From an uncultured Gemmatimonadales bacterium (GTDB lineage Bacteria > Gemmatimonadota > Gemmatimonadetes > Palauibacterales > Palauibacteraceae), in the NCBI GenBank assembly GCA_963783385.1, contig CAWANJ010000006.1:352001-416000 (forward strand): 64,000 nt of DNA. Reading direction: 5' to 3'. How positions within the stretch are numbered: the first letter of the stretch is position 1; each line of letters opens with the position of its first letter. Shown here in pieces: positions 50,019 to 60,283 of the stretch. The notes under the pieces are model-generated. The model was not told the origin of the DNA. It searched no databases and saw only the letters and a program-made list of their open reading frames with translations. The position numbers were made by a program, and so were the translations under genes.

Positions 50019-52383
50019 ATGCGCCGATTCGCCGCCCCACTGGCCGCCGTCGGTCTCCTGGCCCTCCTCGCACCGCTCCCGGTCCGGGCGACGCGGCCCG
50101 GTGCGCCGACCGACACGGTGCCCCCGCCCGCGTCCTACCTGGGCTACCCGGTGGGGGCCGACCGCGAGCTGGCCGACTGGGGCGAGGTCACCGGCTACCT
50201 GTCGGAGCTGGCCAGGGCCAGCGACAGGGTGCGTATGGACACGCTGGGCCCGACCACCCTCGGCCGGCCCTACGTGCTGCTCACGATCAGCGCCCCGGAG
50301 AACCTCCGGCGACTGGACCGGCTCCGGAAGGTGCAGGCGATGCTCGCCGACCCCCGCCGCATCACGGGACCGGCCGAACGAGACAGCCTCCTCGCCGAGG
50401 GCCGGGTCGTGGTGCTCATCACCGGCGGCCATTCACTCCACCGAGGTGGGCGCCTCCCAGGTCCCGATGCGGATCGCCTATCGCCTGGCCTCGTCGAACG
50501 ACCCGGAAGTCAGGGCGATCCTGGACCAGTGCATCGTCCTGCTCGTCCCCTCCCTCAACCCGGACGGCGTGGACCTGGTGACCCACTGGTACCGGACCAC
50601 GGTCGGGAAGCCGTGGGAGGGCGCGAACCCGCCCTTCCTCTATCATCACTACGTGGGCCACGACGACAACCGCGACTGGTACGCGTTCACGCAGCAGGAG
50701 ACGCGGCTGGCCGTCGAGAAGATCCACAACGTCTGGCACCCGCAAATCGTCCACGACATTCACCAGCAGGGCAAGTACGGCAGCCGCTTCTTCCTGCCGC
50801 CGTGGATCGACCCTGTGGAGCCCAACGTGGACCCGGCGCTGATCGCCGGGATCAACGACCTGGGGACGTCCATGGCCTGGGCGCTGGAGCGGCAGGGGAA
50901 GAAGGGCGTGGTCGTCAACGCGACCTACGACGCGTGGACGCCGGCGCGCGCCTACCAGCACTACCACGGGGGCGTCCGCATCCTCTCCGAGACGGCGGGC
51001 GCCGACCTCGCCTCCCCCATCGAAGTGTCCTCCGACCAGCTCGAGCCCGGCCGCAACTTCGACGCCCGGGTGAGCTCCTGGAACTTCCCCGATCCGTGGC
51101 CGGGGGGAGCGTGGCACCTGTCGGACATCGTCGACTACATGGAGGCGGGCGCCTTCGCGCTCCTGGACCACGCCGCCGCCCATCGACGGGCCTGGCTGGA
51201 GAGCTTCCTCGGGATCGGGGAACGGGCCGTGGCGAAGTGGGACCGGTGGCCCGCGGCCTGGGTGGTGCCCGCCGGCCAGCCGCGGGAGGATGGCCTCGCG
51301 GAGCTGGTGCGCATCCTGGTCACCGCCGACGTCGAGGTCGGACGCGCCACGTCGAGCTTCACGTCGGCGGGCCGAACCTTTCCGGCCGGGAGCTACGTGA
51401 TCGACATGCACCAGCCCTACGCCTCCTTCGCCGAGGCGATGCTGGAGCGCCAGCGCTATCCCGACCTGCGGCCGTGTGAGAGCTGCCCCCTGCGGCGCCC
51501 CTACGACGTCACCGCCTGGACGCTGCCGCTCCTGCTGGGCGTGGACGCCTACCGCTCGGTGAAGCCGGTGACGGTGGCGACCGAGCCGGTGTCGACGGCG
51601 CCGGAGGTGGCGAAGGAGGCGCCCGGGCTCAGCGGCAGCGCCGCCGTCAACGTGGGCCTCTACCAGCCCTGGGTGCCTTCGATGGACGAGGGGTGGACCC
51701 GCTGGATCTTCGACCAGTACCGGATACCATACGACACGCTCCACAACGCCGACGTGCGCCAGGGCGACCTCTCGCGTCGCTTCACCACGATCCTCCTGCC
51801 GTCCATCTCCCCCGGCGTCCTGGAGCACGGTTTCACCCCGGGGTCCGAGCCCGTGCGCTACGTGGGGGGGCTCGGCGCGGAAGGCGCGGCGGAGCTGCGC
51901 GCCTTCGTGGTCGAGGGCGGCACCCTGGTGGCCCTCGAGCGATCGACGCCATGGGTGATCGACCGGCTGGAGCTCCCGGTGAAGGAGGTCCTCGCCGACC
52001 TCGATCGGACCGAGTTCTACGCTCCGGGCTCGATCGTGCGGCTGGACCTGACCGGCGAGGCGCGGGCGGGTTCCGGCCGCGCCATACCCGGGCGCGAGAC
52101 AATCGCCTGGCTGGGGACGGGCGGAGCCGCGTTCGAGCCGACCGGGGGCGCCGGCTCCCCCCCGGTACGCGTCGAGGCGCGCTACGGGGCGGGTCCCACC
52201 CTCCTGTCGGGCTGGATCCAGGGAGCCGACCACGTGGCCGGGAAGGCCGCCCTGGTCGAGGTGCCCCTCGGCCGGGGCCGAGTCATCCTGTTCGGCTTCC
52301 GGCCCCAGTATCGCGGCGAATCGGTCGCCACCTACCCCCTCCTGTTCGAGGCTCTGCGCAGGAGAGCGCCAGGCGGGGGGTGA
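50019..52383 (+). CDS. M14 family zinc carboxypeptidase (secreted), frameshifted at ~50424-50430
   Basis: Signal peptide MRRFAAPLAA... in one frame; IHSTE, NPDG, DDNRDW, HDIHQQG, SMDEGWTRW in the next. Removing one base gives ...VLITGGIHSTE. Confidence 0.85.
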
Positions 52384-52556
52384 CGGCGGCGGAGCGGGCG
52401 CGGCCGTGATGGCCGAACCTCCTGTCCCTGCCACACATGTGGCACTATGCCACCGCCGGCCCCCTTCTGCGTGCGGCCCGCAAGCGGTCCGACGTACGGG
52501 TCTATGCCATTGTGCTCCAGGGTCTTGTACGGCATGCGCCGCTCAGCGCTGACGGC

Positions 52557-52572
52557 CGGTACCGGCCTTGCC
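52557..52572 (+). promoter_or_regulatory. Putative sigma54 promoter of the pilin gene
   Basis: CGGTACCGGCCTTGCC has GG-N10-GC spacing. Confidence 0.45.
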
Positions 52573-52661
52573 CTGGACGGCCGATCCGGGAGTATGGCGC
52601 CGTGGGCCCGGCTCCTCCGGATGTGTCAGGCTCAGAGGATCGAATCGGCAGGGGAGGAATC

Positions 52662-53069
52662 GTGGAGTCCCTGGACAGAAGGTCGGCCGGATTCACGCTC
52701 ATCGAGATGCTGGTGGTCATCGTGGTCATCGGCATCCTGGCCAGCATCGCGGTGGTCTCGTACGGGTCGACCACGGAGAAGGCCAACGTCGCCGCCATGA
52801 AGTCAGACCTGCGCAACCTGATTGCGGCCGAGCAGAGCTACTACGCGGACCAGACGGGAGCCGGCGGCACCGGACGCTTCACCAGCCGGCTCCGGGACCT
52901 GGAGTTCTCGACCAGTCCTGGCGTCACACTCAGAATCAAGAAGAACAACTACGGCTGGTCCGCGAGGGCGACGCACGCCAGCGTCAAGAGCGTGCAGTGC
53001 GCCGTCTATCAGGGCTCGATCACGCCCTACAAGCCGGCCACGCAGGAGGGAGAGGTCGCCTGCAGCTGA
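52662..53069 (+). CDS. Type IV pilin (prepilin N-methylation motif)
   Basis: G|FTLIEMLVVIVVIGILASIA, MKSDLRNL, C-terminal Cys pair; GGAGG SD before GTG. Confidence 0.88.
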   Translation: MESLDRRSAGFTLIEMLVVIVVIGILASIAVVSYGSTTEKANVAAMKSDLRNLIAAEQSYYADQTGAGGTGRFTSRLRDLEFSTSPGVTLRIKKNNYGWSARATHASVKSVQCAVYQGSITPYKPATQEGEVACS

Positions 53070-53273
53070 CGCGTCCGCGGGTCCGCCCTCCGGAGCCGGG
53101 TGCGTCGGGGGAGGTGGTGGCGGACCTCGTCCAGGGCTCGCTTGCCGTCGTGGTACGGGTCCGTGAGACACCCCTCGTCCTGCGCCTCCCACCTCCCAGT
53201 CCGGCCACAGCCAGAACTCCTCGTGCGACACGGCGGAGGCGCGGTCGGCGGTGGTCGGCCCTCCGGCGCTGCC

Positions 53274-54731
53274 TCAGACCGACTCCTCGGGGAAGTTCTC
53301 GATCACCTCCTGGACCTTGTTGAGCCAGAAGGCCGCCATGGCGCCGTCCACCACGCGGTGGTCGTAGCTGAGGCCGAAGTAGGCCATGTGGCGGATGGCG
53401 ATCGTGTCGTTGCCCATGTCGTCCTGGACCACGACCGGGCGCTTCTCGATCACGCCCGTACCCAGGATGGCCACCTGCGGCTGGTTGATGATCGGGGTGC
53501 CGAACAGGTTCCCGAACACGCCCACGTTGGTGATCGTGAAGCTGCCGCCCTGGATGTCGTCGAAGTCGAGCTCCTTCTCCCGGGCCTTCTCGGCCAGCTC
53601 GTTGGCGCCCTGCGCCAGCCCCAACAGGCTGAGCCGGTCGGCGTCCTTGAGGACGGGGACGATGAGCTCCTTGCCGTCGTTGATCGACACCGCGATGCCG
53701 AGATTGATGTTGCGGTGATAGACGATCCGGGTGCCATCCACGGAGGCGTTGAGGATCGGGTAGTCGCGAAGGGCTTCCACGACCGCCTTCATGATGAACG
53801 GCCCGTAGGTGAGCTTGACGCCCTGCTCCTCGAACCGGGGCTTGAGCTTCTTGCGGAGCTTGACGACCCGTTCGAAGTCGATCTCGGTCACGGAAGTGAC
53901 GTGCGCCGAGATCCGCTTGGACATGAGCATGTGCTCCATCGTCCGCAGGCGGACCCGGTTCATCTCCTCGACGCGGTCGCCCTCCCGGATCGGGACGTCC
54001 GGAATGCGGATGTCGAGTGAGGCGCCGTGGATGGGTACACGCATGGTGCCCGGCGCCGGGGCCTCGGCGGCCGCGGCCTGCTTCCGGGCCGCCTGGTCGG
54101 GCTGCGCGGCGCGGGCGGCCTGCGCCTCCTCGCCCCGCGTCTCGATGAAGGCGAGGATGTCGTCCCGCGTCACGCGGCCCGCGATGCCCGTCCCGTCTAC
54201 CTGGCCGATGTCGATGCCGTGCTCGGCGGCGATCTTCCGGACCAGGGGCGTGGAACGAGTGCGCAGCCGCTCTTCGCGCGTGGCCACCCCCGCCCCGTTC
54301 TCCCGGGGCGGGGTCTCCTCGGCGTCGGCGGCCCGCGCGGCCGGGCGCTCGCGCGCCCCGCCGTCCTCGGCCCCGGCCTCCGCTGCGGCGGCCGGGGCCC
54401 GGCTCTCCGCGGCGGCCTCCTCCGGCTCGGCCTCCCCGGTGTCCGACTTCTCCCCGGCCCCGCCCTGCTCACCGCCGCCGCCCGCTTCGGCCTCGGTGTC
54501 GATGCGGGCCACCACCGTGTTGACCTCCACGGTCTCGCCCTCCTCGACGAGGATCTCCGCCAGGACGCCCGCGGCCGGCGCCGGGATGTCGGCGTCGACC
54601 TTGTCCGTGGAGATCTCGAACAGGTCCTCGTCCCGCTCCACTTCGTCGCCCACGCTCTTGAGCCAGCGGGTGAGGGTGCCCTCGGCGATGGATTCCCCCA
54701 TCTGGGGCATGATCACGTCGAGTTTCGACAT
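53274..54731 (-). CDS. 2-oxoacid dehydrogenase E2 dihydrolipoamide acyltransferase
   Basis: Lipoyl domain STDKVD, E3-binding STPLVRKIA..GTGIAGRVT, catalytic DHRVVDG. Confidence 0.93.
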   Translation of the reverse strand: MSKLDVIMPQMGESIAEGTLTRWLKSVGDEVERDEDLFEISTDKVDADIPAPAAGVLAEILVEEGETVEVNTVVARIDTEAEAGGGGEQGGAGEKSDTGEAEPEEAAAESRAPAAAAEAGAEDGGARERPAARAADAEETPPRENGAGVATREERLRTRSTPLVRKIAAEHGIDIGQVDGTGIAGRVTRDDILAFIETRGEEAQAARAAQPDQAARKQAAAAEAPAPGTMRVPIHGASLDIRIPDVPIREGDRVEEMNRVRLRTMEHMLMSKRISAHVTSVTEIDFERVVKLRKKLKPRFEEQGVKLTYGPFIMKAVVEALRDYPILNASVDGTRIVYHRNINLGIAVSINDGKELIVPVLKDADRLSLLGLAQGANELAEKAREKELDFDDIQGGSFTITNVGVFGNLFGTPIINQPQVAILGTGVIEKRPVVVQDDMGNDTIAIRHMAYFGLSYDHRVVDGAMAAFWLNKVQEVIENFPEESV

Positions 54732-54801
54732 CGCTCCGTCCTTTGGTACGTGAAAGGCTAACCTTCACGTTGCAGTCAGTATGCCAGCCGCCCCGGGCCC
54801 C

Positions 54802-55836
54802 TCAGTATGCCAGTAGCCAGCGAGCCGCCGTGAGCACGTCATCCACCTGGGGCAAATAGTAGTCCTCGAGCGGCGGCGAGTAAGGCACGGGCGTGTCGAT
54901 GGCCGTGACCCGCCGCACCGGCGCGTCCAGCCACTCGAACGCCTCCTCGCACACGACCGCCGTGATCTCGCCCGCCAGGCCGCCGAAGCGCGGCGCCTCG
55001 TGCAGGACCAGCACCCGTCCCGTCTTGCGGGCCGTCTCCGCGACCGCCTCCACGTCCAGGGGCCGCAGGGAGCGCAGGTCCAGGACCTCGGCCGAGACAC
55101 CGTCCTCTTCGGCCAGGCGGTCGGCCGCCTGGCCGGCGGTGTACACCATGGCGCCCCAGGTGATGATGGACAGGTGCTCACCCTCCCGGTGCACGCGCGC
55201 CTTCCCGATCGGCACGAGGATCTCCTCGTCCGTCGGCAGCTCCTCCTTGATCCGCCGGTAGAGGAACTTGTGCTCGAAGTAGAGCACCGGATCGGGATCG
55301 CGGATGGCCGCGCGCAGCAGCCCCTTGGCGTCGTACGCCGTGGCCGGCGCGACCATCTTGAGGCCGGGCACGTTGGCGAAGTAGGACTCCGGACTCTGCG
55401 AGTGGAAGGGGCCGGCCCGCGCGCCGGCGCCCACCGGCCCCCGGATCACGATCTGCGCCCCGAAGCCGGTCCGGTAGCGGACCTTGGCGGCAAAGTTCAC
55501 GATCATGTCGAACGCGGGCGCGACGAAGTCCATGAACTGCATCTCGGCCACGGGCTTGAAGCCCATGTGGCTGGCCCCGATCGAGGCGCCCACGATGGCC
55601 GCCTCGCTGATCGGCGTGTCGATCACCCGATCGGGCCCGAACTCGTCCAGGAAGCCCTCGGTGATCTTGAACGCGCCCCCGTAGGCGCCCACGTCCTCGC
55701 CCAAAATGAAGACGGTCTCGTCGGTCTTCATCTCCTCCCACAGCGCCTCGCGGATGGCCTCCAGGTACGTGGTCTCCCTGGTGGCGCCGGGGTCTGCGGG
55801 CGCCCGCTGCGGGGCCGCCGCCGTAGCTTCCGCCAT
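54802..55836 (-). CDS. 2-oxoacid dehydrogenase E1 beta subunit
   Basis: GEDVGAYGGAF, DTPISEA, HSQSPE, DAKGLL, FEHKFLY. Confidence 0.93.
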   Translation of the reverse strand: MAEATAAAPQRAPADPGATRETTYLEAIREALWEEMKTDETVFILGEDVGAYGGAFKITEGFLDEFGPDRVIDTPISEAAIVGASIGASHMGFKPVAEMQFMDFVAPAFDMIVNFAAKVRYRTGFGAQIVIRGPVGAGARAGPFHSQSPESYFANVPGLKMVAPATAYDAKGLLRAAIRDPDPVLYFEHKFLYRRIKEELPTDEEILVPIGKARVHREGEHLSIITWGAMVYTAGQAADRLAEEDGVSAEVLDLRSLRPLDVEAVAETARKTGRVLVLHEAPRFGGLAGEITAVVCEEAFEWLDAPVRRVTAIDTPVPYSPPLEDYYLPQVDDVLTAARWLLAY

Positions 55837-55862
55837 GCCGCTCCTCTCCTTCGCGGGAGGGA

Positions 55863-57017
55863 TCAGGCTCCCCCGCCGCGCTGCTTGCCGTCCGACGCTG
55901 CGGCGTCGCCCTCCCGGACCGCCGCGGCGCTCCTGCCGCTGGACTCGCCCGGGGCGCCCGATCCGAAGGGCCGTGCGGGAGCCACGCCGACGGGTGCGTC
56001 CGCGTAGCCCACCACCACCCGGCGCGTCCACGGAACCCCTCCGTCGGCGGGCTCGGCCGCGTAGGCGCGGGTCCGGGCCTCCTCCGGATCGGGGCGGGGC
56101 CCCGCCAGAGCTTCGTCCGCCGCCGCCGCCATCTCCGACTCGATGTCCCGGCGCATCGCCGCGAGGCCCTCCTCGGTGGCCAGGCCGTTCTCGATCACGT
56201 AGCGGCCGAAGCCGTCGATGGGATCGCGCTCGCGCCAGGCCTCGAGCTCCGCCGGGTCCACGTAGGGCTGCGAGTCGTGCTGCGCGTGTCCCAGCATCCG
56301 GTACGTCTCGGCGACGATGAGCGAGGCGCCCTCGCCCCTGCGGGCGCGGTCCACCGCCTCCCGCGCCGCGTCGTATACCTCGAGCACGTCGTTTCCGTCC
56401 ACGTCGCGCACGGGCAGGCCGTAGGCCCCGGCCACGTCGGTCCACGACGCCACGGCCGCCTCCCGGTCGCTGCGGGTGGAGAACGCCCAGCGGTTGTGCT
56501 CCAGCACCACCACCATGGGGAGGCGCTGGACGGCCGCGAAATTGAGCCCTTCGTGGGAGGTGCCCGTCCGGGTGGCGCCTTCGCCCTGGTACGTCATGCA
56601 CACCCGGGTCTCGCCGCGCATCCGGAAGGAGAGGGCCACCCCGTTGAGCACGGCGAGCTGCGTGCCCAGCGGGCTCACGGGCCCGAGGATGCCGAGCTCG
56701 GGGATGGTGAAGTGGTTGGTGTTGTCCTTGCCACCGGTGGGGGCGTCACGACGCGCCGTGTACTGCCGGAACATGTCCACGGGCGCCAGGCCGCGAACCA
56801 GGAGCGCTCCCATGTCCCGAATGGAGGGGGCGATCCAGTCCTCCGGCTCGAGGGCGTAGGCGCTGCCCACGGCCGTGGCCTCCTGGCCCAGGCTGCGGTA
56901 CAGCCCTCCCACGATGTGGCCCTGCTTGAAGAGCCGCTCGAGCCGCTCTTCCAGCGCCCGGGTGAGGCACATGGAGCGGTACATGTCGAGCATCTGTTCA
57001 CGGGTCAGCGACGCCAT
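55863..57017 (-). CDS. 2-oxoacid dehydrogenase E1 alpha subunit
   Basis: GQEA, TPP-binding GEGA...N, DGND, TYRMLGH, RDPI. Confidence 0.92.
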   Translation of the reverse strand: MASLTREQMLDMYRSMCLTRALEERLERLFKQGHIVGGLYRSLGQEATAVGSAYALEPEDWIAPSIRDMGALLVRGLAPVDMFRQYTARRDAPTGGKDNTNHFTIPELGILGPVSPLGTQLAVLNGVALSFRMRGETRVCMTYQGEGATRTGTSHEGLNFAAVQRLPMVVVLEHNRWAFSTRSDREAAVASWTDVAGAYGLPVRDVDGNDVLEVYDAAREAVDRARRGEGASLIVAETYRMLGHAQHDSQPYVDPAELEAWRERDPIDGFGRYVIENGLATEEGLAAMRRDIESEMAAAADEALAGPRPDPEEARTRAYAAEPADGGVPWTRRVVVGYADAPVGVAPARPFGSGAPGESSGRSAAAVREGDAAASDGKQRGGGA

Positions 57018-57162
57018 GGGCGGGAAGCTACGCGCGCCGCGCCGCGATCTCAAACCCCCGACGTGCCGGCGGTCGGGCCCGCCCGACTGGACAGTCGAAC
57101 GCTTTACCTCATCGTAAAGCGATAGGGGGCGATGGGCTCACCCCGGGACGCCCGCGGCCCGT

Positions 57163-58164
57163 TCAGCCCGGGGAAGCCGCGCCCGCGAACGGGAGGGAGA
57201 CGACCGCGGCTACCGGTCCGTCCTCGCGGCCCACGGCGAGTCGCGCCCCGTCCTCCACCTCGCGCCGAACGTAGGCGAGGCCGAGCCGGCCCAACCGCGG
57301 TGAGTCGGCCACGGAAGTGATGTAGCCCCGGCTCCGCTCCGCGGCGAACAGCTCCGTGGCCGGCTCGGGCGGGGGCCCCTCGGGCAGCTGCAGGCCCACC
57401 AGGCGGCGGTTCACGTGGCCCCTGAAGTGGATCCTGGCCACCACCTCCTGGCCCGTGTAGCAGCCCTTGTCGTAGTCGATGGCGCGCGCTTCCTGTCCGG
57501 TCTCCTGTGGCAGGACGTCGAGGCCGATCTCGCGGCCGTACACGGGGAGCCCGCGTTCGATGCGCCAGATGTCGTACGCCGCTCCGTCCGAGGCGCCTCC
57601 GCCCGCCCGCCGGGCCGCCTCGACGAGGGCGTCGCGGAGCTCGGCCTCGCGTCCTGCCGGCACGTACAGGTCGGCGCCGGGCCCTTCGACCGGCTCGCGT
57701 CGGACCAGCCTCACGTCTCCGGACGGGAGCTCGACGAGCTCGAGCGGGGCGATCTCGGCCAGGTCGGGGGCGCCGGGCAGGACGCCCACCACCTCCGCCG
57801 AGAGCGGACCGACCACCGACAGGCGGCGGAGCCCCTCGAGCCGCTCGAAGCGGGCGTAGAGGGGGGGCAGGTACCGGCGGAAGTGCTCGAGCGCCGCCTC
57901 GCCGCACGCAGACGGCATGTCCAGCCATACCTCCCCGGCCTCCGGGACCAGAGCGCGCATCTCGGCCAGCGGACGGCCCTTCGGCGTCAGCATGAACGCG
58001 TACAGCGCGTGGCCCGGCCCGAGGCCGGCGACGTGGTTGGTGACCAGCCCGCCGATCATGTCGCGGGCCCGGTCGCCCCAGACCCGGACGAGCGTACGAT
58101 CGGCGCCGTCGAGGATCCCGGCGGCGTCGCGCAGCGCGTCGTAGGCGGCGGTCGATGCTTCCAT
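57163..58164 (-). CDS. ygfZ: Folate-binding protein YgfZ (GcvT-like)
   Basis: Signature KGCYTGQEVVAR; LTPKGR. Confidence 0.9.
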   Translation of the reverse strand: MEASTAAYDALRDAAGILDGADRTLVRVWGDRARDMIGGLVTNHVAGLGPGHALYAFMLTPKGRPLAEMRALVPEAGEVWLDMPSACGEAALEHFRRYLPPLYARFERLEGLRRLSVVGPLSAEVVGVLPGAPDLAEIAPLELVELPSGDVRLVRREPVEGPGADLYVPAGREAELRDALVEAARRAGGGASDGAAYDIWRIERGLPVYGREIGLDVLPQETGQEARAIDYDKGCYTGQEVVARIHFRGHVNRRLVGLQLPEGPPPEPATELFAAERSRGYITSVADSPRLGRLGLAYVRREVEDGARLAVGREDGPVAAVVSLPFAGAASPG

Positions 58165-58226
58165 GCTCCCTCCTTCCGGGGTCGGCCCGCCCTCGCTGGA
58201 GGGGCGGGACACCGCCGACCGGCAGG

Positions 58227-58264
58227 CAACAAACACGAAGCCCCCGGACGGACCGGGGGCTTCG
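58227..58264 (-). terminator. Intrinsic terminator after the OmpA-like gene
   Basis: CGAAGCCCCCGG-N5-CCGGGGGCTTCG 12-bp stem followed on the minus strand by TGTTTGTT. Confidence 0.75.
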
Positions 58265-58320
58265 CTTCCTTCTCGCGGTCCGGGCGGGGATCGCGGCCCG
58301 CCCGGGTCAGGGACGATCGA

Positions 58321-58950
58321 TCAGCCGCCCACCTGGCCCGCGTACTCGATCACGAAGGTGACGCGGCGATTGGCGATTCCGGCCTGGCCGGGACCGCGCT
58401 CGTCGTTCACGAGCCGGTTTTCGCCGTAGCCGACCGTCTTCACGTTCGCGGCGGGCAGATTCCCGGTGCTCGTCAGGTAGTCTGCGACCGCCTTGGCACG
58501 CCGCTGCGACAGGCGCCGGTTGTAGGCGGCGGTGCCGGCCGGATCCGCGAAGCCCTCCACGGTGATCGTCGCGCCCTGGTAGTACTTCTGGGCGATGGAC
58601 GCGAAACGGTCGAGGAGCGGCCTGTCGACGCTGCGGACGTCCGACTTGTCGAAGTCGAAGTGGACCGGCATCGCGAACTTCACGCCGTTCTGGAGCTCGG
58701 TGATTTTCGCCTGGAAGTCCTGGCGAAGCTGCTGCAGGTCACTCTGCAGCCCGTTCACCTTGCTCTGGAGCGCCTGGATGTCCGAGGCGTTCTGATCGAC
58801 CTTCTGCCCCTGCTGCTGCATCTGGGAGCGCAGGTCGGACACCTCGTCGTTGAACTGGTCCTTCTTCACGTAGCTACCGCACCCGACCAGCCCGGCCGTG
58901 AGCAGCAGCGCGGCCATCGAGGCGATGGGCCGGCTGTAGATCTTCTTCAT
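58321..58950 (-). CDS. OmpA-family peptidoglycan-binding lipoprotein with an N-terminal coiled coil
   Basis: Lipobox LVGC, heptad-rich segment, HFDFDKS, EGFAD..G..YNRRLSQRRA, NRRV; AGGAGG SD. Confidence 0.9.
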   Translation of the reverse strand: MKKIYSRPIASMAALLLTAGLVGCGSYVKKDQFNDEVSDLRSQMQQQGQKVDQNASDIQALQSKVNGLQSDLQQLRQDFQAKITELQNGVKFAMPVHFDFDKSDVRSVDRPLLDRFASIAQKYYQGATITVEGFADPAGTAAYNRRLSQRRAKAVADYLTSTGNLPAANVKTVGYGENRLVNDERGPGQAGIANRRVTFVIEYAGQVGG

Positions 58951-59076
58951 CGATCCTCCTTTGCGCGCGGTTCCCATTCGAACGATACACGCCGCGACCG
59001 CCCGTACGGAACACCGCCGCGGTTTGTGCGGCCGGGGGTCCAAGCGCAGGATCCAACTCCTCTTGCCCGTCCGGCT

Positions 59077-59092
59077 TGCAAAGACAGGGCCA
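59077..59092 (-). promoter_or_regulatory. Putative sigma54 promoter of the OmpA-like gene
   Basis: TGGCCCTGTCTTTGCA matches TGGC-N7-TTGCW. Confidence 0.55.
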
Positions 59093-59268
59093 TGGATCCC
59101 GACTCGGCCGCGTCCCTCCACGTCGGCCCACCGGTCGATCGATTGGACCCGCCGCGTGCCTCTCGGGTCCCTCGCGCTCCGAGTCGGCGGCCAACCTTGA
59201 CGACGACCAAGCTGTGAAAAGGTAACACGGGCGGGAGAAAGGCGCGACGGGGAGCCGCGGGACCCGCC

Positions 59269-60283
59269 CTAGGCCCGGCCCGCGACCACCCGCCGATGCC
59301 AGGCGAGGGCCCGCCGCCATCCCCTCCAGGGCCGGGAGCGCAGGACGCCAGCCGAGCTCGTCGCGTATTCGTGCACACTGAAAGGGATTGGGGCGTCCCG
59401 CGAACCAGACCTGCCGCGGACTGAGGAGCGGGGCCGGGGTGTCGGGCCCGCCCGGTGCCACCCGCTCCAGCCCGGCCACGCACGCCTCCAGGGCGCGGCG
59501 GGGTAGCGGCACGAGCACGGCGCCCTCCGGCGCCGCCTCCGAGAGGAGCTGGCGCTGCGTGAGCTCTCCGTCCTCGGAGATGTTGTAGACCCGTCCGCGC
59601 GCCTCGGGACGGGTCAGCGCCAGCCAGCAGGCTTCGGCGACGTTCCCCGCGTACACGATGGGAAGCGAGTTGTCGCCGCGACCGACGGTGGGCAGGAGTC
59701 GATGGTCCGCCAGGGCCGCGATGCGCGGCGTGAAGTTCCGGTCACGCTCTCCCATGACCACGGCCGGCCTGAGGATCGTCCATCCTGTCTCGGACGTGCG
59801 CCGCACGACGCTCTCGGCCATGCGCTTGGAGCGCTCGTAGTGCGCGCGCGGCTCGAGCGGCAGGTCCACGGCCGCCTCCTCATCCAGGGGGAGGGCGGGA
59901 TGCGCTCCGGGAGGGCCGTACACGGCCACCGAGGAGACGTGCAGGAAGCGCGGGCAGCCGGACCGCAGGCACTCCTCGAGGACCAGGCTCGTGCCCTCGA
60001 CGTTCACCCGCCGGTAGGCTTCCCAGCCGGCCGGGGCCGCCACCAGCGCGGCGGCGTGCAGGATGGCGTCGCAATCCCGACCCGCCCCGCGGAGCGTCTC
60101 CGGCCGCAGGAGGTCGCCCAGAACGAACTCGCAGTCCAGCTCCTCGAGGAAGCGCAGGTCCGCGTCGGGGCGCACGAACGCCCGTACGTTCCAGCCCCGC
60201 TCCCGGAAGAGGGCCGCGGCGTGGCTGCCGACGAGGCCCGTGGCCCCGGTGACGAACAGGGTGGGCTCGGCGCCCCCGCTCAC
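59269..60283 (-). CDS. NAD-dependent epimerase/dehydratase, frameshifted at ~59317
   Basis: VTGATGLVG, SSVAVYG, YERSK. The tail RRALAWHRRVVAGRA* is in the shifted frame. Confidence 0.85.
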
